A stretch of DNA of 63,584 nucleotides, counting the filler, from Licmophora abbreviata (taxonomy: Eukaryota), in NCBI GenBank assembly GCA_900291995.1. It is 9 parts of 9 records of this genome, joined end to end, with 100 filler letters (N's around TTAATTAATTAA, not from the genome) between each part and the next. Parts side by side here need not be neighbours in the genome. Positions count along the whole stretch, not along the records: positions 39,087 to 59,697 come from OLMU01000329.1; positions 59,798 to 63,584 come from OLMU01000338.1; 7 more parts are not named here. One strand, 5' to 3'. Below are positions 55,568 through 63,584 of the stretch, in pieces. Every line of letters begins with the position of its first letter. Within the stretch, counting starts at the first letter, position 1. The notes beneath the pieces were generated by a model. It did no database searches, was not told the DNA's origin, and was given only the letters and a program-made list of their open reading frames with translations. Made by a program: the position numbers and the translations under genes.

Positions 55568-56710
55568 TTATGTGAACAGCTGCTCGTCGCGAAACAACAT
55601 GTACGCTCCCAGGGCCGTCAAGGCGGCAGTCTCGGCCCGCAACACCAGTGCGCCCAATGATACGGAGTGAATACGAGCACATTCGCCAACGCTGCTGTCG
55701 AGCACGGCTTGTTCGTCCGCACTCCATCCCCCCTCGGGACCCACCAAGAAGGCTACACCGGATGGTGATGCGGGATCATGGACGATGGCCTTCAAGACTT
55801 GTAGTACTGGAGCGCAATTATCCTCGCTTCGCTCACGGCAAACAAGCAAGTGTCGGTCCAGAATGTTGGAATCATCACTAGATTGCCACGTTTCGAGAAG
55901 CTTTTGGAGACTCAAAGGCTCGTCAGCATCCATGTATTTGGGGGATGCTAGACTCAATGAAAGAAACGGCACTGTAAGTCGTTCACACTGCTCGGACGCT
56001 TCTACAAGCTGCGGTTGAAGTTTTTCGAGGGCGGATGGCGTACAGCAATCGCGAACGGCGGTCGCGTCGCATCGTTCCGCTAGAATTGGGACGAGACGAC
56101 CCACACCAAGTTCAGTCGACTTTTCCAATAGGAGTTTGACTTTTGTTTTCTTGATGGGAGCAAAGAGTAACCAAGGTTCCTTTTCTTGTAGGGCAAGAGT
56201 AGAGGAGGGAGGACAAAGTTCCTCCAAACACTGCACCACGACCGCACGAGTATCTTCGTCCGTCCTTCTTCGACGTCGCTTGGAAGAGGTGCGGTCATTT
56301 TCAGGCTCGTTCACACTGACGTGACCCAGCCACTCGCCACTTGTACCATCGAATATTCGGATCAAGTTCCGACCCTTCTTCGATCCGATGCGCATCACTT
56401 TTGTTACGTAGCGTGCTTGGTCTGGACGCAGACGGACCTGAACGTCAAGAGCTAGCGGAGCAGAGGAGGCAGTTTCTCCACCGACATAGAGTCGGGGAAG
56501 AGTAAAGTAGGACCTCGCTGATGCACGCCTCCCCTCATCGTTGCTAGAGCTGGTCGCTTTCTGCACTGCGACCCTCCAGACTCGATCGCCCTGACAAAGA
56601 CGACGGATGCACGGACGGCACAGCAAGAGCCCATCAGCTTTTGTCAAGAGAGCATTGCAGCGAACAATCAACGCTCCTACGAGTAACCAAATGAGAGGAC
56701 ATGGTTGCAT
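55568..56710 (-). CDS. rsmE: 16S rRNA m3U1498 methyltransferase (SPOUT), organelle-targeted
   Basis: EKSTELGV, EASEQCER, VGPEGGWS, SLGALVLRAETAA. Confidence 0.9.
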   Translation of the reverse strand: MQPCPLIWLLVGALIVRCNALLTKADGLLLCRPCIRRLCQGDRVWRVAVQKATSSSNDEGRRASARSYFTLPRLYVGGETASSAPLALDVQVRLRPDQARYVTKVMRIGSKKGRNLIRIFDGTSGEWLGHVSVNEPENDRTSSKRRRRRTDEDTRAVVVQCLEELCPPSSTLALQEKEPWLLFAPIKKTKVKLLLEKSTELGVGRLVPILAERCDATAVRDCCTPSALEKLQPQLVEASEQCERLTVPFLSLSLASPKYMDADEPLSLQKLLETWQSSDDSNILDRHLLVCRERSEDNCAPVLQVLKAIVHDPASPSGVAFLVGPEGGWSADEQAVLDSSVGECARIHSVSLGALVLRAETAALTALGAYMLFRDEQLFT

Positions 56711-57010
56711 AATTCACGCCGACATGGAGGCGATGAGGAACCTGAGAGATGGCTTTACAGCTGTTGCCGTCGTCACACCATGTGATACCATGGTCACGGT
56801 CATGTCATTGTTCCTTGTGTATGTCTGTCCGTCTCTGTGTCTCGTCTGTGCCTCATCCGTCCTGCTTGCTCGCTGTTCGTGGTACGTAGAATCCATGCTG
56901 CAAATACATACATAATTTATGTGTACCGCGACACGGTAAAATCGCCAGCCGTCCTGCGTCTCAGACGAAATTGACAAAGGTCCCACAGCTCCAAGGCAGA
57001 AGAAAGCACG

Positions 57011-57625
57011 ATGGCGACAAGCGGGTCTGGAATTCAGGAACTCATGGCCGCGGAGACGCGCGCCTCTCAGATTGTGGCAGAGGCTCGTATCGGTGAGTGT
57101 GAGAAGAAGGAACGAATTGAACGGAAGACGACGACGAAGAAAGGGCGGCGAGTGGCTCAAGTTTGTTGGATCCTCTTGTTTCCTCCATCGAGTCGTAGTA
57201 TAGTGGCTGTGTAGAATTCTACGCATGGATCTTCGCTGAAACGAAACATCGGCGGTCGCGCCAAGGGAAGTGAAAATAGGAACACATACTGACCCGCCAC
57301 TGCCTCTTGTCTACTCGTTTCTGTTCTAGGACGCGGCGATCGTATGAAGCAGGCGAAGGCGGATGCACAGGAGCTAATCAACGCACACCGTGCCGAAAAG
57401 CAACAGGAATTTAACAACATGGTACTGTCCAAGGGAGGGACCGAGGGCGACGCGTCGGCGAAGCTTCAGCAGGAGACAGATGGTGAAGTCAAGGGCATGG
57501 AAACTCTGTTTCAGAAGAATGCACAAAAGGCGGTCGATGTGCTCCTTAGCAAGTGCTGCGAAGTTTCCTTGGAGGTCCCGACGGCTCGCGTTCGTTCTAC
57601 ACAAAAGATGTACGGCACAGGCTAG
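57011..57625 (+). CDS. V-type proton ATPase subunit G
   Basis: join(57011..57092,57330..57625): GIQELMAAETRASQIVAEARI-GRGDRMKQAKADAQELI. Confidence 0.92.
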
Positions 57626-57968
57626 CGTGGGCGTCTTCAGTTTTGCAAGCATGGCGCTGATCGATATCGCGGTACGGGATGCACAGAGTGGAAGATGAAA
57701 TTTTAGGAGCGATTATATGCGAGGGACGGTCGAGAACTTATCTTTAGACTGCCCATGCGCTCGTTTCGTTCTCGTCTTTGTCATGATCGCGTTTGATGTT
57801 CTCTGCTCGTGGTTAATGCTAGACCTGTTTTCTCCCTATAGGCTACTCTGTTCAAAATCTACAATACCGGTACGGGTAGACCACTCGCTAGATTTCGATG
57901 TTACCGCACCGTGTGTCTACTTTCATATTTCCACATTCGCTGACTTACAGAAGAACCCTGCTTAGGCT

Positions 57969-59697
57969 TTAGTCGGATTCACCGGTCTGGAGAAATACGG
58001 CGTTGATGGGATTGGCCGTTGGAATCATACCACCTTCGCTCACTGGCAGGTTTCTCTTCTCATGCAACTCCTCTTCCTCTTCTGCCTCGAGTCGATCCGC
58101 CACAGCTTTCTTGCGTGCCGCTTCCTGCTGACGCTCACGCTCGGCATACTCTTCAAAGTCACGACGCTCGACCGCGCGTTGTTTCAACTGAAGTTCTGGA
58201 GAGACTGGATCCACAAGCTGAGGCTTTGGGCCCGGAGTGACGGGATGAAACTGGTAAGTCGAAAGAGGAATCGGACGCGCCTTGAATTGTGACATGCTTT
58301 CGCGCTCCTGCTCCTCTTCTGCCACGTGCTGGCGAATGGACCGTTGCGCCATCTTGTGACGGGACAAGCTGCTCAGGTGAAACGGACGCGGCTCGGTACG
58401 CGGACGTTCCGACTCCACCTTGACTGGTGGGCTAGTTTTGATCAACGGCTTGGCATGGAATGACATACGTCGACGATTCTCCTGCTCTTCCTGTTGACGC
58501 TGTTCGGCCAAATGATGCTGGTATGTCTCGTGACGCGCTTCGGACCGAAGCATGAACGGCTGCGTTGGTTTCTGAGCAAGCGGAGAGCGAATCGACGCTT
58601 TGATCATTTCTTCTTGGTGTTTCTCGCGCTGTTTGCGTATCGCCATGCGCTTCTTCTCCTTGGCCTTGAGTTCGACATTCTTCAACGACTCTTGCCGCGA
58701 TGCTTCCCGTCGCGCGGTGCGTGAAGAGGTGGCCAGTACGGGAGGACCACCATAGGCAGAGGCGGGCGTCGGAGCCGAAGTATTCGACGGGACGTGGGCA
58801 TCAGCTTCTCTCGACGGCACAGCAGGGCTCATGTATGTAGACTTGGGCAAAGGCCGCGCATGGAACTGTTTAGACAATTCAACTTCGTCGTTGCTCGGTC
58901 CGGTGTCGGTAGTTCCCCGCGTACTCGTCGTAAAACGGAAAGGCTTCGGAGTGGTTAGCGAACGACTCACTGTATCACGCTTCGACGGTTGTTGATAATC
59001 TTGTCTGGGCAACGGGCGAGCATGAAACTGTTTCTTGCATTCTTCCAAGTCAACGACCTCCTTGTCCGGCGTACCCTCGGCCCTCTTGGCGCTCGCGCCC
59101 CTGCGGTCAACTCGAAAACTGAACGGCGCCGGTTTGGTCAAGGATCGAGCGGGTGTCGTCGTAGGTGGTCGAACCGACCGCTTCTTCGTCGCACCGGTCG
59201 GCACAGGTTGTGCCCGGAATGGCTGGCTGTTGAACTGCTGCATCATCTCCTCTTCTTTCTCGGCAGTGCTCTTCGGCAAGAAACGCTTCGCGCTTGGCGC
59301 AAACTTAGGAGCGACGGGGATCGTCAGTCTTGGCTCACGGCTCGCAGGCTTTCGCACCGAGCTCTTATCTCGCAAACCCTTACGCATGAAGAGATCCATG
59401 CTTTCTGCGAGGCTCGGTTCTGCCTGCTGACTTTCGGCGGGGGCAGAATGACGCGAATGCTTCGACTGATGAAACTGGAATGGCTTTGGCATTGTTAACT
59501 TCGACTGACGCTTCACCGACGCCGCAGGCGTCTCTTCGCGAAGCCCCTTTTTCATAAAGTCCACACTCCCTGCGAGACTAGGTTCAGAGCGTCGGCCTGC
59601 ATCTCTTTCAACGGGAGAAGACGATTTTGATTCGTTGAAATGAAACGGCGCTGGCGTAGTTACCGTCTGGGTCGAACGAGGCGATGCCTGCCACGGT
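57969..59697 (-). CDS. TPX2-like microtubule-binding protein, 5' end in gap
   Basis: Repeated LTxPxPFxF and FHARP/FKARP motifs; C-terminal SPELQLKQRAVERRDFE...PTANPI; the frame is open to the gap at 59698. Confidence 0.7.
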
Positions 59698-59797
59698 NNN
59701 NNNNNNNNNNNNNNNNNNNNNNNNNNNNNNNNNNNNNNNNNTTAATTAATTAANNNNNNNNNNNNNNNNNNNNNNNNNNNNNNNNNNNNNNNNNNNN
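59698..59797. other. Artificial scaffold spacer
   Basis: 44N-TTAATTAATTAA-44N. Confidence 0.97.
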
Positions 59798-60931
59798 GAT
59801 GTCGAGATCAACTCCTGGCAGAGCTTGATCGTCATCATACCGTACACTGTCATTACGTTTCTGCTCATGGTGGCAGCGGTCCTGGCATGGAAGGGAATAG
59901 AGCTTCGTCCCGTGCTCTGCCTCACCTATTGGCTCATTCTCCCTCTCTTCATCTTCTTGATCGTTTTCGCGTTTGCGCTGAGCGCTGCTATTGCGATCGG
60001 CGCCAGTGCAAATGCTGACTTTTGCTCTGGGGGCGAAGAGACTTCTCCCGCAGGTTCCATTCTTCAAATGATGGAGAACGAAGGTTTCTCTGAGACGGAC
60101 TTGTTCGTTCAGGTGGTGGCATTCTACATTTCGGTGAGGAGATTGATGGTATCCGGCGAACGATAACTGTCGTATCTATGGGATCTAACCACAGTCGCTT
60201 GATTTTCGCTCGTTCTTTCAGCGCTGCTCTTCTGCTGATGCGTTCGCTGGATTTCGAACCTTCCGAGACGATCTTGTGAGCATGCGTATGTGGGCTTGCT
60301 AGTCCAAAGGTATCTCGGCTGCATCGCCTTCTCACACCCATTGCCATGCTACATCCCATTACTTCAGACGACAACGGTGGATTCCGTGGGTGACTTCAAC
60401 GCATCGCTGTTCGAAGCCGGCGAGGATATCTTGGCCAACAGATGCGGAGCTGCATTTGCATCTTCCGTCCTCAGCTCCACTGCAGTCGTATCCGACAATC
60501 TCCTCCGGCAGCTCGGAAATGTATTTGATCTCCTTGCGCTGACTGCCTGCGATGAGATTGTCCCGCTGTTCATCAACACTTTTCAAACTGGAACATGTGA
60601 TTATTCCGTACAGGGCGCGACCTGGATGTTTGCCGCATTTTTGATCGTAGGTATCTTTGGAATGCTCATGGTGACGTTCCGGTCGGCTCTTCTACCAGAT
60701 GAAATCGACAACGAATGGACCAAGGACACACCTTACTACGGCGAAGAGGACTTTGACGAGGACGAGGTTGCCGAGACGGGAGTGGCTGCCGTAGACGAGA
60801 GTGTTATGGATGACGATGTCTATTTGTCAGGATCAGTCATTCACTCAGATCTTTCAGACGAAGGGGGCGCTCAGGACTTTCCCGAAACAAGCCAATTTGG
60901 GGAGGACACTGAAAAGTCATGGCTTTCGTAG
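59798..60931 (+). CDS. 3' part of a second Tweety-like membrane protein
   Basis: join(<59798..60133,60222..60275,60368..60931), all phase 0. TM-TM-SANADFC, ..C..IVPLF....C....TM-VTFRS, acidic tail; collinear with the gene at 26646-29374. Confidence 0.6.
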
Positions 60932-61067
60932 TCCCGCCTGAAGTAGTGTGTTTCTTCGTCTCAAGGATATGTGCGTATGTTGTGTTTGTTACTAAAATAC
61001 TACTTAAAAAATGGTGGTGACATCAGTTCCGTTTTCTATTCATTCTCTAGTGTAGTCAGCCGTCTGC

Positions 61068-61964
61068 TCATCCTGTACCGGAGAGATGACCAATGGCAAC
61101 GAGTTGTTCTTTTGACTCGCATGTTTGGTACAGGGCAACCGTTGGCTCACTCGTGTGTACACGACATGACACCGTCTGACCCAGTTCGACCGGATGCGTA
61201 TACTGCATGGTAAGGTTCCGCTCAAATATTGAAAACTTACGAATGAATAGTCCTTGTGAGACCAGATCTGCCAGCGCCGCATGGTCGACATGCAAACTAT
61301 TGCAGTGCTGTGGTCCAATCTGTACAGTAAACACCTCGTTCATGGTGTCAACTGCTGGCACCTCCAACTTGTCCAACACAGGAAGAGTCAGCGTCTGGGG
61401 AGGCTCGACTCGAAGAACCCCACTTCGCTCTTCTTCTGAGATTTCCATAAGCTTACCAGTGGACTTGTCCAGTCGTACAAACACGCGCGTTGCGAGGCCC
61501 AACACATGTTCGCGCAATGAAATGGCATGTCCGAAGGAAATGGACGATGTTCCGAGGGCTTGCACCCATATTTCGGAGATCAACGGTACAACAACGGTGG
61601 TTTCGTCGACGACGTTGCATTCCTGCACTTCTTGTTCCATTTTCTCCTTCAGATTGTCCAGCCCTATCGTTCGACAAACTTGCGATACGCAAAACGGCTC
61701 TACGCCGGCGTGCGGCATGAGCCCTTGCAACCGCAGATTGAGATGATGGTCTGCCATTCGCAAGACTGCGCCGAACCGTAGTGCCTGATTTTCGACAATA
61801 TCTGTAGCGAGGTTGACAGGAGCGAGGATGCGAGAGTTTGAATTATGCGGCGTCGCGTCGGCGAAGGGACGTCGGGCGGCGATGTATGGTGTGATGCACA
61901 ACGACTTGGCGCGCCCGCCGACAGCCGTCCCCGTCGCGCAACGGAGCAAGTAGAGATTGGACAT
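61068..61964 (-). CDS. Hotdog-fold acyl-CoA thioesterase-like protein with mitochondrial-type presequence
   Basis: IWVQALGTSSISFGHAI...ATRVFVRLDKSTGK (4HBT-like) and a second half with HCNSLHVDHAAL. Confidence 0.55.
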   Translation of the reverse strand: MSNLYLLRCATGTAVGGRAKSLCITPYIAARRPFADATPHNSNSRILAPVNLATDIVENQALRFGAVLRMADHHLNLRLQGLMPHAGVEPFCVSQVCRTIGLDNLKEKMEQEVQECNVVDETTVVVPLISEIWVQALGTSSISFGHAISLREHVLGLATRVFVRLDKSTGKLMEISEEERSGVLRVEPPQTLTLPVLDKLEVPAVDTMNEVFTVQIGPQHCNSLHVDHAALADLVSQGLFIRKFSIFERNLTMQYTHPVELGQTVSCRVHTSEPTVALYQTCESKEQLVAIGHLSGTG

Positions 61965-62566
61965 TATCGTAATTTTACTGGATGCTTCTCCACAATCACA
62001 ACAACGAACTAACTTCTTTCAAATGGAGTCTTAACAGGCTGATGCAGCTCGAGTCCATGATGTGGTGATGGCTTCTGTGATTTGTGTGTGGCGCGCCAAA
62101 AAGATCCGGAATTCGGAACTTACTCGAGTACAAGACTCGACTCACTCACCGGCGTCGCATCAATGTGCTCTCATCACATCATCGTCATCTGACAGCAAGA
62201 TCGACCATGGCTATCAGAAGCATCGATGCTGCAAGATACATGGGCTAAGCTTTGGTAATGGACACTACTATGTTGCAAAGAGACTCGCAATTCAAGATAG
62301 CATGTCATTCTGCTACATTTCAGCTCTCAAATTTCAACCGGTACCGATGAGTCGTGGCGGGACTGGACGATATTGGAATCAGGAGTTTCAGACTCTGTCG
62401 TGTCTGCGATCCTGCAACTTCAACTTGGCGCGTTTGATGGAAAGATCGATCGAGACCGCACAAACTAGACATCACGATGGTGGCGACGACGGCGAAGAAA
62501 AGCATCGATTTTCCGGAACGCTTACAGAAAAATCTTGCACCTATACGTCTTGGAATATCCATTGTA

Positions 62567-63487
62567 ATGAGAAAACCAATTGATTCTCGGAGACGAGCCT
62601 CTCTTCTGTTAGGGCTCGGTCTGTGTGCTGCAACTGTGGCAGAAATTAGACCGACTCTGGCGTTCTCTGAAGTCGGACGACGGACTCGGTCCGTTCCTCG
62701 TGTTGTGAGACAACCTGCGCAAAGGCTGTCTCTGGTTTCAGAAAGGGGTCATCCGTGGTGGCCCGGTCGTAAAGTAGCGTCTCTTTCCGCATCCAGAGAG
62801 GCGTCATCACTATCAACCAGTTCGAAATCCGGCAGTACGTACGAACGTGTCCCATCCACCATGCCGAAGGCCATTGCCCGCTTCTTCTTGGGAAAAGATC
62901 GAGGTCCGATTATTGTTGTGGCAATCCTGGCATACATAACTGAATGGCGACTCACGCTAGGAGCTCTCAATCTCCACGACGTGCTCGCCTGCGCTTCCAT
63001 GGTGGTTCTCTGGATGTTTCAAGAGCACGTGGTACATGGGAAGCTGCTACACTCAAGCTTCGACTGGATCGGCAAAGAAATACACCAAGATCATCATGAG
63101 AAACCTTATCATCATATTTCAATTGATCCTGCCCCCCTCATGATTGGCTGGTTGGTGGTGGCACATTTATTGTTGCGGTGTGCACTCCCACTGCCGATTG
63201 CCCTTTCAGCTACCCTCGGATATGCGGCGTCCGGTCTCGTGTACGAATGGGCGCACTACATTGTACACACAAAAGTCAAACCACCGTCAGCCTTTTGGAA
63301 AAGAGTTCGAGACAATCATATCCGGCACCACCTTGTCGATGAGCGGTACTGGCTGAGTTTCACCCTTCCAGCAGTGGACGACTTGTTCGGAACCAACCCA
63401 TCGTTGTCGGAGGTGCGGAGGGAGGCCCAATCCAAAGATAAGAGCGTCGAAAGCACCCCAAAAGAATTGCGCGTTGCATCGCCATAA
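62567..63487 (+). CDS. Fatty acid hydroxylase superfamily membrane protein, probably plastid-targeted
   Basis: His boxes EHVVHGKLLH, HQDHH, YEWAHYIVH, NHIRHH; signal peptide ending TLA-FS. The in-frame upstream ATG at 62477 is also possible. Confidence 0.85.
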   Translation: MRKPIDSRRRASLLLGLGLCAATVAEIRPTLAFSEVGRRTRSVPRVVRQPAQRLSLVSERGHPWWPGRKVASLSASREASSLSTSSKSGSTYERVPSTMPKAIARFFLGKDRGPIIVVAILAYITEWRLTLGALNLHDVLACASMVVLWMFQEHVVHGKLLHSSFDWIGKEIHQDHHEKPYHHISIDPAPLMIGWLVVAHLLLRCALPLPIALSATLGYAASGLVYEWAHYIVHTKVKPPSAFWKRVRDNHIRHHLVDERYWLSFTLPAVDDLFGTNPSLSEVRREAQSKDKSVESTPKELRVASP

Positions 63488-63584
63488 AGAATAGACATGC
63501 TTCTTCGAATAACAAGATATCGGTACGCTTGTGACGGCCGACCACATGTCCTGTTTCGGCGGTTGCGAAGACGAGGACAAGAGC

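Noticed and set aside
14134..59797. TTAATTAATTAA repeated eight times as a possible biological repeat or CRISPR-like array
   Set aside because: Always centred in exactly 44+44 Ns; it is an artificial six-frame-stop contig linker.
1..63584. tRNA, rRNA, transposase/reverse transcriptase or viral genes
   Set aside because: None recognised by eye; small ncRNAs cannot be excluded without a covariance-model search.

Overview
This is gene-dense eukaryotic nuclear DNA, very probably from a diatom. The evidence is bipartite signal-peptide + ASAF-type plastid presequences, a DUF6824 protein, nuclear petJ, Fea1-like domains and short GT-AG introns of about 76-240 bp. About 32 protein genes can be modelled by hand, many spliced across fragments of the ORF track. 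Eight 100-bp scaffold spacers (44 N + TTAATTAATTAA + 44 N) interrupt the sequence; four are flanked by duplicated contig ends. Housekeeping genes include UTP4, MoaC, TRAP1, ATG13, FAD2, petJ, p31comet, TACO1/YebC, CP12, EDRF1, RsmE, V-ATPase G and a TPX2-like gene. Three things stand out. (1) A fusion of >1,800 aa joining an XPG/Asteroid-type PIN nuclease that keeps its acidic motifs to a Spindle-E/TDRD9-like DEVH RNA helicase with a long unrecognised C-terminus. (2) A ~2,190-aa type-I membrane protein made of six Fea1/phytotransferrin-like domains arranged (AB)x3. (3) A perfect dyad of two CACGTG boxes around the likely branch point of the nearby cytochrome c6 intron. All family assignments come from motif recognition by eye, not from database searches.
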